This document shows, piece by piece, positions 1 through 11,912 of a stretch of DNA of 64,000 nucleotides. The position numbers and the translations under genes were made by a program. The stretch covers positions 74,588,043 to 74,652,042 of the forward strand of contig NC_057719.1 in NCBI RefSeq assembly GCF_004010195.1. The letters run 5' to 3'. Numbering within the stretch: position 1 is the stretch's first letter; every line of letters starts with the position of its first letter. The stretch comes from Chiloscyllium plagiosum (lineage: Eukaryota). The notes below the pieces were generated by a model. It was not told the DNA's origin. It saw only the letters and a list, made by a program, of their open reading frames with translations, and searched no databases.

Positions 1-910
1 AGTCACCAGGACCAGAATCCAAGGGTTTTAAAGTAAGTGACTGCAGAGGTACTGGAGGCATTGGTTATAATATTCCAAAACTGGATTCCAGGAGTGTTTC
101 AAAGGATTTGAAAATGTGTCTTCGCTGTTCACAAAGGGAAGGAAACAGAAAACCGGAAACTATGAAGGTCAGTTAGTCTAACATCTATAATTGGGATAAT
201 TGTAGAGTCTATTGTCAAGGAAGTAGTAGTAGGACAATTAGGAAAGTTTGACCCAATCAAATAAGTCATATGGTTTCATGAAAGGGAAATTCTGTTTTAT
301 AAATTGGGTAACAGGGAAAGCAAATGGAATGTGGACCTTTAAAGGGATTGAGTATAAAACTGGAGAAGTTTTGCTAGAACTATACAAGTCACTAGTCAGA
401 TCACAGCTGGAACACTATGAACAGTTTTGGGCCCCTTTGGGTAAAGCTATAAAGATATTGGAGGCAGTCCAGTGAATGTTCACTCGGCTGACACCAGGCA
501 TGGCATATGAGGAGAGGTTAAGTAGATTGGGTCTGTACTTATTGTAATATAGAAGAATGAGGGGTTATCTTAGCGAAGCATAGATGATTCTTAAGGGACT
601 TGACAAGGTAAATGCAGAAAACCTGTTCTCCATTGTGGGAAAGTCTAGGACCAGAGGGATAATCTGAGAATTAGGGGTTGCACATCTGATGACATAAACG
701 AGGGGGACTTTATTCTGAGGATTGTCAATCTGTGGAATTCTTTACTGTCGAGGCTGGGTCATTAAGTACATTCAAAGTTGAAGTAGACGGAGCTGCAGGA
801 TAAGGGAATTACTAAGGGAATTGAAAGATTATGAGAAAAAGTGGAGTTGAGAATTCAGATTATCCACAATCTCAGTGAATGGCAGAACAGCCTTGGTGGG
901 CTGAATATGA
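1..910 (+). mobile_element. Decayed CR1-clade LINE (RT C-terminal region and 3' end)
   Basis: LYKSLVRSQLEHYEQFWAP-type CR1 ORF2 remnants with deletions. Confidence 0.8.
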
Positions 911-1797
911 CTTCTCTTCTGACTGAGGCTAGAGACTGCAAATCTGCTGATAAAATGCTCTGTGGGAGTTGACCCCCAAGCTCTTTGACCATCTTTCTAC
1001 TGCATTTCTGTTTAATAAAAAGAATATAAAGGCATTGTTGAGTAAACCAGAATTACTGTTTGGTAATGTAAAGGCACTTTTCTATTCAACTCTACAACTA
1101 TGGAAAGGGCAGGGACAGTTTACTGCATAAAGCAAGGTGCAGGATAAAATTCAGTTGGGCAAGACATTAACAGACTTTATTGTCCCATTTTGAAATTTGT
1201 GGGAGGACATGCAATTCGTTTGGGAGAGATCACCCCAGTACTTCCATTGAAGGTAGAATAAGCAGTTTGTCTTTGCCAACGTGGAAGCTAACATCTATTC
1301 CTGCTCTCAAAATGACGTGATGGTGAGGCACAGATGCAGTTGTTATTCCAGATATTTACTAGTTGGAATATTACCTTTACTCCCCAGGTGTCATTGACAT
1401 GATTTCATGCATGAGAGACAACAGTTGTACTTCAAAGCTAAATGCTATTTTGCTTCTGTTGCATTTGAAATGTTATTTATATAAATAACAATTGAGTGGT
1501 CTGCCTTATGGGTCTTTGACTACAATACAGTTCATTGCAGGAGGTCATTTTCTGTTTAGGAAGGTGAGCAGACTCAAATTTCATCGAGCATCATGGGTGC
1601 AGGTGCTTACTTGTTTGCCTGCTCAAATTAAATTGTGCAGGGATTTTCAAAGAAAATTTAGTGCTCACTGCTAAAGCCACTCAGTGATTATTTTTCTTTA
1701 CAGATTTGGATGTCTCAGCTTATATCTCCCAGTAGTCTTCCATATTCCCTGATGACTCATTGTGAGCCCACAATAGTAACTTTAACAAACTACATTC

Positions 1798-2109
1798 GGC
1801 ACGGTGGTTCAGTGGTTAGCACTGTTGCATCACAGCGCCAGGGTCCCAGGTTTGATTCCAGCCTCGGGTGACTGTCTGTGTGGACTGTGTACATTCTCCC
1901 TGTGTCTGCGTGGGTTTCCTCCAGGTACTCTGGTTTCCTCCCGCAGTCCAAAGATGTGTAGGTTAGGTGAATTGGCCATGCTAAATTGCCCATAGTGTTG
2001 TGTGCATTAGTCAGAGGGAGATGGGTCTGGGTGGGTTGCTCTTCGGAGGGTCGGTGTGGATTTGTTGGGCTGAAGGGCTTCTTTCCACACTGTAGGGAAT
2101 CTAATCTAC
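1798..2109 (+). mobile_element. HE1-type tRNA-derived SINE
   Basis: GGCACGGTGG..CAGTGGTTAGCACT head with A/B-box-like motifs and a TCTAA tail; multiple copies in the window. Confidence 0.85.
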
Positions 2110-3849
2110 ATTCATGATTATATTGCTGATCCCCCACAGAGGCACTTGTTCAAAATTAAATGTTCTTTGTGACATCCTAATTTTGAAACTTTCAATTCAA
2201 CTTCATGATTATCAATTTCCAAACTCTTAGGTTGTTTTCACAGTAGGGTCTCCTGAATTTAACAGTTCCTGATTTACAACAACTGTTCTCTCCCAAATAA
2301 GTGTAGGGCATCTACTACCCACATTCCTGCCCTACCGCTGGTAATTAGTGACATAACATTTCAATCTCACTAGATACACAACCCATTGATTGTCCAAAAC
2401 AACTTATTTCAATGGCTGAGAGGTAAAGGCAGAGAACAGAAAGCTATTCACATGAGGTGAAGGGTACATAATCCTCTTGTTCATATCCTCCAAACATTTA
2501 TTTTTAACTATTTGATACTGTCAACCAGAACAACATTGATTTCTCTACATCTGAGCTTAGGAAAGCATATGCCAAATATACTTCCAAAATGGAATTGGCT
2601 GGGTCTGTTAGCTAAACAAAAAAAGACTTGCATTAATGTAGTGTTGAGTACACAGCACAGTGGAACCATTGAAGTATTTCTGAAAACTAATCACTATTGC
2701 ACTGTAGAAAACACTAATTTCCACACAAGTCCCCACAAAAGGCAATGCATTAATGACCAGATAAACTGCTTCTGCCATGTTGATTGAGTAGTAATTATCA
2801 CCCTTACACCAGGGTACGGTTGCCTGCTCTTCTTCAAAACATTGCCATGGGATCTTTGACATCAATGTTTTAAAAAAGAAGACACAGCATTAGCCCATAC
2901 AAAGAACTGCCCTGACAGTGCAGCACTCACTCAATCCTGTACTGGAATGTTACTGATTCTGCCTCTGGAGTGGGAATGGAACCTCTAGCCTCTGACAGAG
3001 GGAAGGTCCCAAGAACTTGACAGAATCTGCAGTCTTCCTCCTCTTGGCAGATTGATACCTATTTTTAGGAACAGTTGTAGATTATTTAAGCCTAAATCTG
3101 CTCTCCAATTATGATTAATCATCCACTTAAATACATTTACAACATGCTATCCCCACATCTTTTAGTTATTAAACAAAATCAAAAAACTGCAGATATTGGA
3201 AACGTGAAATAAGCACAGGGAATGCAGGAGAAACTCAGGAGGCCTGGCAGCATCTGTGGAGACTGAAAGAGTTAATATTTGAATCTGGCATGACTCCTGT
3301 TCAGAACTCCTTTATGTCACTAAGAGACTTCTAAGTACCAATCTCTACTTCAAACATACTCAATAATAGGTTTTCCACAGTCCTCTAAGGTAGGAACATC
3401 CATAGATTTAGAAGAGTGAAAAAAATCCTCGTCTTAACCTACGTGGCTTCACTCTTACTTTTAAAATTGTCTCCTCTGGTTCCAGACTCCCAACTATCTT
3501 ACCAATATTCACTCTGACTATCCCTTAAAGAATTTATAGACTTCAATGAAATCACCTATCATTCTACAAAAGAGAATACCATCTTCCCAATTTCTCTTCA
3601 GAGGACAGTTACACCATCTCATGAACCTGTCTAGTGAATAATTATTGCACTCACTAATTAAGTATATCGTTCTTTAGGCAATGGCACTAAGTAAAGTCTA
3701 ACCAAGGTTTTATGTAAACGAAGCCAAATTTTAGTATTTCTATACTCCAAACTTAGTAGTAAAGACTTACATACCATTAGCCTTTCCAATTGCTTGTACC
3801 ACTACATATTAGCCTTTAGTGACTTATTATCGAGCACACCCAAGTCCCG

Positions 3850-4187
3850 TTGCCATAAATAGACAAGATCTTTTCCCTGGAGTAGGGGAGTCCAGAACTA
3901 GAGGGCATAGGCTTAGTGTGAGAGAGGAAAGTTTTAAAAGTGACCTAAGGGGTAACTTTTCCATGCAGAGGGTGGGCATGTATGGAATGAGCTGCCACAG
4001 GAAGTGGTGGAGGCTGGTAAAACTGTTAACATTTAAAAGGCATCTGTATGGGTATATGAATAGGAAGGGTTTAGAGGGATATGAGCCAAGTGCTGGCAAA
4101 TAGGAATAGATTAGTTGAGGATATGTGGTCAATCTGGATGAGTTGGACCGAAGGGTATGTTTCCATGCTGTACACCTCTATGACTAT
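3850..4187 (+). mobile_element. CR1-clade LINE 3' end
   Basis: ESRTRGHR...RGNF motif and ctctatgactat tail. Confidence 0.85.
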
Positions 4188-4324
4188 AAAAGCCTTCTGA
4201 AAATCTAAGTTTACAACATTCAACAATTCCCTCTTACATACAAACTTGAAGTAGGCCATTTGGCCCCCATTGAGCCTGTCCAACAAACAAAATGATCGTG
4301 GCTGGTCTGTGATAGCACTAGAGA

Positions 4325-4760
4325 GGCTACGAGGAGGTTCACCAGGGTGTTGCCTGGGTTGGAGAAACTGAGCTATAAGGAAACACTAGTTAGGCTTGGA
4401 TTGTTATCTTTGGAGTAGAGATGACTGAGGGGGTACATGATTGAAGTGTATAAAATTATGAGGGGTATGGACAGGATGAAAAGAGAGCAATTGTTCCCCT
4501 TAGTTGAGGGGTGAATCACACGAGGGCATAGTTTTAGGCTAAGGGGCAAGAGATTCAGAGAGGATTTAAAAACACTTTTAACTCAGAGGTGGTGGGAATC
4601 TGGAATGCACTGGCTGGATATTTGTATGAGCACTTGAAATATGATAATATTCAAGGGTATGGGACAAGTGCAGGAAATTGGGATTAGCGTGCCTTTAGTT
4701 GTAGTTAAATCGGTGCAGACTCAACTGGCTGAAGGGCTTTTCTAGACTGTATGATTCCAT
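4325..4760 (+). mobile_element. CR1-clade LINE 3' fragment
   Basis: RRFTRVLPGLEKLSY-type ORF2 end. Confidence 0.8.
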
Positions 4761-5178
4761 TATTTGTTTGTTTTGAATTTCACATTTCCATCTGCTCCCA
4801 TAATCTTTGAGTCCCATATCCAACAAGAATCCACTTATGTCCACCTTAAATGGGTTCACGAAGGGCAGGTCATGCTTAACTAATCTACTGGAATGTTATG
4901 AAGACATTATGAGCACAGTGGACAATGGGGACCTAATAATGTGGTGTATCTAGATTTCGAAAAGGCATTTGACAAGGTGTTGTACAAAAGGCTGCTGCAT
5001 ACAATAAAGATGCAAAGTGTTACGGGCAATATATTAGCATGGAGAGAGGATTGGTTATCTAATAGGAAACAAAGAGTGGGGATAAATGAGTGCTCTTCTG
5101 ATTGGAAATCAGTGACTAGTGGTGTGCCTCAGGGATCAGTGTTGGGCACATAATTATTCACAATAAATTTCACTATGA

Positions 5179-5497
5179 CATGGTGGCTCAACGGTTAGCA
5201 CTGCTGCCTCACAGCACCAGAGATCTGGGTTCAATTCTAGCCTTGGGCGACTGCCTGTGTGGAATTTGCACATTCTCTTGTGTCTGCTTGGGTTTCCTCC
5301 CACAATCCAAAAATGTGCAGATTAGGTGAATTGGCTATGCTAAATTGCCCATAGTGTTCAGGGATGTAGGCTAGGGGCATTAATCAAGGGTAACTATAGG
5401 GTAGGGGAATAGGTTTGGGTGGGTTACTCTTCAGAGGGTCAATGTGGGCCTTTTGGGCCAAAGGGCCTATTTCCTCACTGTCAGGATTCTAATTCTA
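5179..5497 (+). mobile_element. HE1-type SINE nested in CR1
   Basis: Similar to the other copies; attctaattcta tail. Confidence 0.8.
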
Positions 5498-5670
5498 AAA
5501 TTACATCGATGATTTGTAGTTGGGGACCATGTGTAGTGTGTCAAAGTTTGCAGATGACACTAAGATGAGTGGTAGAGCAAATGTGCAGAGAACTTTGCAA
5601 AAGTGAAACTTGGCAAATGGACATAGACAGTCTAAATGAGTGGACAAAGGTCTGGCAAATGGAGTACAAT

Positions 5671-5781
5671 CAAAACGTTGATTTCGCTGCTCCTTGGATG
5701 CTGCCTGAACTGCTGTGCTCTTCCAGCACCACTAATCCAGAATCTGGTTTCCAGCATCTGCAGTCATTGTTTTTACCATCT
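5671..5781 (+). mobile_element. Penelope-like terminal fragment with a 14-bp target-site duplication
   Basis: Near-identical to 24212-24318; AAATGGAGTACAAT at 5657-5670 and 5782-5795. Confidence 0.75.
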
Positions 5782-7459
5782 AAATGGAGTACAATGTTAA
5801 TAAATGTGAAGCCATCCATTTTAGTAGGAATATCAGTGAAAAGGACTCTTACTTGAATGGTAAAAAATTGCAGCACCCTCTATGCAGAGGGACCTGGGTG
5901 TCCTTGTGCATGAATCACAGAAAGTTAGTCTGCAGGTACAACAGGTCCTAAGAAGGCAAATGGAATTTTGTCCTTCATTGTTAAATGGATGAGTTTAAAA
6001 ACAGGGGGTTTATGTTGTAGCTGTATAGGATGTTGGTGAGGCCACACCTGAAGCATTTTGTGCAGTATTGGGCTCCTGACTTGAGAAAGGATGTATTGTC
6101 ATGAGAGGAGGTGCAGAGAAGGTTCACTAGGTTGATTTTGCAGTTGGAGGAGGTTGGCTTATGAGAGAGGATTATACTAATTGGAATTTAGATGAATATG
6201 TGTGTGTGTGTGGGGGGGGTGAGAACTTATAGAAACATAAAATTATGAAAGGAATGGATAAGGTAGAAGTAGAGAGGATGTTTCCACTGGTGGGTGAAAC
6301 TGAGACAAGAGGGCATAGCCTCAAGATTAAGGGGAGCAGATTTAGGACTGAATTGAGGAGGAACTTCACTCAGGGTTGTAAATCTATGGAATTCCCTGCC
6401 CAGTGAAGTAGTTGAGGATACTTCAGTAAATGCTTTCAAAGCTAAGAAAGGTAATTTTTTGAACATTAAAGGAATTAAGGGTTATAGCGAGAGGGTGGGT
6501 AAGTGGAGCTGAAGCCACGAAAACATCAGCCATGATCTTAATGCATGGCAGAGCAGACTCAAAGGGCCAAATAGCTTTCTCCTGCTCCTAGTTCTGTTCT
6601 TAACCATATTCAACAATCCCAATTTCACTATCTGAGAGTTCCAAAGAAGGACAACACTCAAAGGGTGTTTTTCCTCATCTCTGTCGTAAAAGGACAATCG
6701 CCAACATTAATAGAGTAACACTAAAAGTGCAGATACTGGAAATCAAACAAAAACAGAACTTCTGACACTATCTGTGGAAAGATATCTATTCCTTTCATAA
6801 TTTTATGTTTCTATAAGATCCACCCCCCCACAGACAACATGGAGTCCAGTGACACATCTTCAGCATTGATAATATCTTGATAAAATGTGGTCGGTGTGCT
6901 GAAGATGGGCTGGGGCAGGAGATGGGGATGGAAAGGATACTGCCAGACCTTCTGAGTTTCTCCAGTAATTTCTGTTCTTATTAATAAAGTATCCCCCACT
7001 TCTGCACTCACAAGTGGAGAAATCATATCAACATCCACCTTACTATGGCCATTCAGAATCTTATACATTTCAATCATATTACCCTTCTCATTTATAGACT
7101 CCATTGGAAAAGGCCTAGCCTGTCCAACCTATCTTCATAAGACAATCCACTTATTCCAATATCAGTGTAATAAGGTGTCTCGGTGTATTTTCATTGAAGA
7201 CAAAAACTATACGTCTTTAAATATGATCTCAACAATGCCCTGTGCAACACATTACATCCATATATGTTCAGTTCCTTGTGATAGTCTATTCGTTGTCTTG
7301 ATTACATGCTGCAAAATGAACTTCACATTTTCCCACATTACGCCCATCTGCCAGATCTTTGCCCCCGTACTCAACCTATCCGTATCTGTCTGCAACATGT
7401 TTTCCATAGAAGTTTCCATAGAATCCCTAGTGTGGAAACAAGCCATTCAGCCATACAAG

Positions 7460-8603
7460 TGATCTTCTTGGACTTCAGTGTCGCATTTGACAAGGTTCCT
7501 CACAGTAGACTGGTAAGCTAGGTTAGATTTCATGGAATACAGGGAGAACTAGCCATTTGGATACAAAACTGGCTTGAAGATAGAAGATAGAGGGTGGGAG
7601 TGGAGGGTTGCTTTTCAGACTGGAGCCTGTAACCAGTGGTGTGCCATAAGGAATGGTGCTGGAGCCACTGCTTTTCATCATTTACATAAATCACTTGGAT
7701 GTGAACATAGGAGGCATAGTTAGTGAGTTTTTAGATGACCCCAAAATTGGAGGAGTAGTGGAGAGCGAAGAAGGTTACCTCAAAGTACAACAGGATCTTG
7801 ATTAGATGGGCCAATAGGCTGAGGAATGGCAGATGGAGTTTAATTTAGATAAACGTGAGGTACTGCATTTTTGAAAGGCAAATCAGGGCAGGACTTATTC
7901 ACTTAATGGTAAGATCCTGGGAAATGTTGCTGAACAAAGAAACCTTGGAGCGCAGGTTCATAGTTCTTTGAAAGTGGAGTTGCAAGTAGATAGGATAGTG
8001 AAGGCAGCATTTGGTACACTTTTCTTTATTGGTCACAGCATTGAGTATAGGAGTATAGGAGGTCATGTTGTGGCTATATCGGACATTAGTTAGGCCACTT
8101 TTGGAATGCTGAGTGCAATTCTGGTCTCCCTCCTATTGGAAGGATGTTGTGAAACCTGGAAGGGCTCAAAAAAGATTTACAAGAATGTTGCCAGGTTTTG
8201 GCGGGTTTGAGCAATAATGAGAGGTTGAATAGGCTGGGGCTGTTTTCTGTGGAGCATCAGAGGCTGAAGGGTGACCTTATACAGATTTTAAAAATCATGA
8301 AGGGAACTGGTAGGGTAAATAGATAATATCTTTTCCCTGGGGTAAGGGAGTCCAGAACTAGAGGTGCAAGGTTTAAAAGAGGTCTTAGAGACAACCTTTT
8401 CACGGAGAGGGTGGTACGTGTATGGAATAAGCTGCCAGAGGAAGTTGTGAAGGTACAATTACAACATTTAAAAGGCATCTGGATGGATATATGAATAGGA
8501 AGGGTATAGAGGGATATGGGCCAAATGCTCGCAAATGGGACTAGATTAACTTAAGATATCTGGTTCGCCTGAAGGATCTGTGTCCATGCTGTCTTTGACT
8601 CTA
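7460..8603 (+). mobile_element. CR1-clade LINE RT/3' fragment
   Basis: LDFSVAFDKVPH motif through to the 3' tail. Confidence 0.9.
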
Positions 8604-8694
8604 AATCGACCCCGACCAATTCCCCTACCCTTTCTCTGTAATCCTACATTTTCCATAGCTAACGCACCTAACCTACATATTGCTGAACACTATG

Positions 8695-9005
8695 TGAACC
8701 TAAAACTAGAAGGTAAAGGCTTAAGGTGAGGGGGTGGTGTGGTGGGGATTTAACAGATACCTAAGGGGCAATGTTTTGACACAGAGGATTGTACATGTTT
8801 AGAATGAGCTGCCAGAGGAAATGGCGAACGCTGATACAACTACATTTAAAAGGGATCCGGATGGGTATATGAATAGGAAGGAATGTTTTAGAGGGATACG
8901 GGCCAAACACTGGCAAATGGGACTACATTAATTTAGGATACCAGGTCAGCATACACGAGTTGGACTGAAGGGTCTGTTTCTGTGCTGTATATTTCTATGA
9001 TTATA
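8695..9005 (+). mobile_element. CR1-clade LINE 3' end
   Basis: Same 3' sequence as 3850-4187. Confidence 0.8.
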
Positions 9006-9279
9006 TGGCACCTTATCAAATGCCTTTAGAATCCAATTTCATTAAGTCTACAGGATCCCCTTTATCCACATCGTGTTACTCCTTCAAATAATTGATTATT
9101 TCCCTTCCACAATCTTCAATTGCCATACTTCTTTAATGATCAATTTCAACATCTTCTGATGACAGATGTCAAGCTAATTGCCCATCATTTCTTGCATTTA
9201 CCTACCTTCCTTCTGGAAGAGGTGTTTTTTAAAAAATTCCTTTGTGGGATGTGACACAATTACAATAAACAAATAGCAA

Positions 9280-10220
9280 TATATTTCCATGTCAGAAATG
9301 GAGAGAGCTTGGAGGGGAACTTGAAGGCGGCGGTGATGTTTCCATATATCTGCTGCCCGTGTCCTTCTAGAACTAAGTGGTCACGGGTTTGGAGAGTCCT
9401 GTCCGAGGATCATTAGCAAATTTCTGCAGTGCATGTTGTAGGTAGTATACACTGCTGCTACTGATCATCAGTGGTGGAGGGAGTAGATGAATGCAAATCA
9501 AGCAGCTGCTTTGTCATGGATGGTGTCAAACTTTTTCAATGTTGTTGGGACTGCAGTCATCCAAACAAGGGAATATTTCATCACACTCTTGACTTGTGTC
9601 TTGTAGATGGTACACAGGTTTTGGGAATCAGATGGTGTGTAACTCACCACAGTATTCTTAGCCTCTAACCTGCTGGTGTAGCTGCTGCGACTCTGCAGTG
9701 AATCCAGTTTCTGTTCAATGATAACACCCAGGATGTTGACAGTATAGGATTTAGTGAAAGTAACAGCATTGAATGTCAAGTGCCAGTGGTTAGATTGTCT
9801 CTTATTGGTGATAGTCATAGCCTGGTATTTGAATGGGACAAATGTCACTTGCCACTTTTCAGGCAGAGTCTGGTTATTGTCCAGGTCTTGTTGTATTTGA
9901 ACATAGGCTGCTGCAGTATGAGGATACACAAATAGCAAACTTAGTGCAAGTATTAGTGAACATTCCCCTTTTTGACTTTGAGGGAGAGGTGGTCATTGAT
10001 GAAACAGCTGAATATGTTTGGGCTTTGGATACTCTCCTGATGAATTCCTGCAGAGATGGCTGACCTTCAATAACCACCATCTTTCCATTTGTCAGGAATG
10101 ACCTCAACCACCAGAGAGTTTACCCCAAGATCCAATGATTCCAGTTTTGCCAGGGCTCCTTCAAACCGCATTTGCTCGAATGCAGCCTTGATCTTAACAG
10201 CTGTCACTCTTGCCTCTTTG
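9280..10220 (-). mobile_element. Decayed LINE RT fragment of a second family (CR1/L2 superclade)
   Basis: QQDLD..EKWQVTF..ILGV..IYKTQVKSVMKY RT C-terminal remnants; related pieces at 41130-41300 and 49100-49780. Confidence 0.75.
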
Positions 10221-11674
10221 CTACCTTTGAGTAGGAAATCTGTCAATCTGAAAGTTTTGGTAACTACCACTGCAATCATTAAACTAAGCATGATCTGTCA
10301 GGTAGATTTTAATGTGGCATCTAATCTATCTAGTAGAACCATTATCTGGGATCTTAAGTCTCTTAACATTACACCTCACTGTCAGAGGTCACTCTCTCTC
10401 ACGTTCCCCCCACTACCCATATTCATTCATACACACACACACAAACATCTCCCAAAGCCATCCACAGATTTCTCATCACAGCAACTTTTCAAGCACCAAA
10501 ACGGGAAAATGTTTGGGAAATACTGATCCAAGATGAATGCAGAAAGCCTCATTTTGAGCATCGCTAGCTTGAACCCTAGCATTGTATAGAAAACACACAA
10601 CCTGACAAACCAATGTTTCAATATACTATTGTTCAAGTAAATTTAACAACATTCTGTTCAGACAAGCTGCTTGATTTTAGAGACATTTATTCACTTGTTA
10701 GTATATGATAAATATTGCTGGAGAACACCACACTGACAAAGCTTCATGTCTTGCACTCATCATAACAAAACCAAGAATGCAAAATTCCAAAAGATTACAA
10801 TTTGGAGGTAAGGGTGTTGCAAACAAATCCAAGTCAACACCAAATTGGCTGAGACCTCATTATGGAGAACTATAAGCTTCCCAAATAATTGATAACAGAC
10901 TTTTGTATGAACAGGTCACAAACTCAGTATAATTATTTACACTTACTGATGCTTAAATTAGTCAGTCAAAAACAATATTACTTCATTAGAAGCAAATCAG
11001 AAAAGGTTCACTAAGATGATATCCAGTAATGGGATACTGTCTTATGAGCAAAGGTTAAACAGGTCTGGAATCGATTCATTGGAATTTAGAAGAAAAAATG
11101 AGGTGATCTTACAGGGTCATATTTAGCAAGGTCAGAGAGGATGTTTCTTATATTGTAGGGGAGGAGTGCTAGAACCTGTCAGCATAATCGCACAGTAAGG
11201 TGGAGCCAATTTAAGACTGAAATGAGCAGGACAGCTATTGCGGGGGGGGGGGGGGGAAACGCAGAGACCTGCTGCATAGTTAAGACTGAGATTCATCAGT
11301 GGGGAATCAAAGGTTTTAGAAAAGGGCAGATAAGTGAAGATGGAGAGGTGGATTACCATACCAACTAACTGTAAAGCAAGCTTAAAAAGGACAAAACAAC
11401 CTTCTCCTGTTCCTATTTCTTGTGGCCTTATTAGTGTAGCTGTTAGTATACACAGGATTGTTCAGTAAGTATTGTATGACTGCAAAATCGTGTCACAGAG
11501 TAGACATGTTTTGGGATTTTAGAACTGCAGCCTAGATGAATATGCTTTAGTGACTATTATAAAGCATTTGTAGTCACAGCCTTTTTAAAAATTATGACAC
11601 CACGCAGCACTGAAGTAAACAGATTCATCATCCTTAGTTTTTCAGCTCCATTTTCTACTTGGCCTTGTAAACTA

Positions 11675-11912
11675 GGGGTGGCATAGTGGCTAGCACTGCT
11701 ACCTTGGAGTGTTAGGGACCCAGGTTCAGTTCTACCCTTGGGTGACAATTTGCATAGAGTTTGCACATTCTCCCAGTCTCTGCCAGGTACTCCAGTTTCC
11801 TCCCACAGTCCAAAGATGTGCAGGTTAGGTGGATTGGCCATTCAAAATATATGATAGGAGGGTAGGTTGCTTTTCAGAGCAGAATGGTCTACTTCAACAC
11901 TATAGTGATCTA
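11675..11912 (+). mobile_element. Diverged HE1-type SINE
   Basis: Head and core similar to the other copies. Confidence 0.7.

Larger units (their letters stand above)
4850..6600 (+). mobile_element. CR1-clade LINE RT fragment, interrupted by a SINE (~5179-5497) and a Penelope-like insert (5671-5781)
   Basis: YLDFEKAFDKV, SGVPQGSVLG and KFADDTK motifs. Confidence 0.9.
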
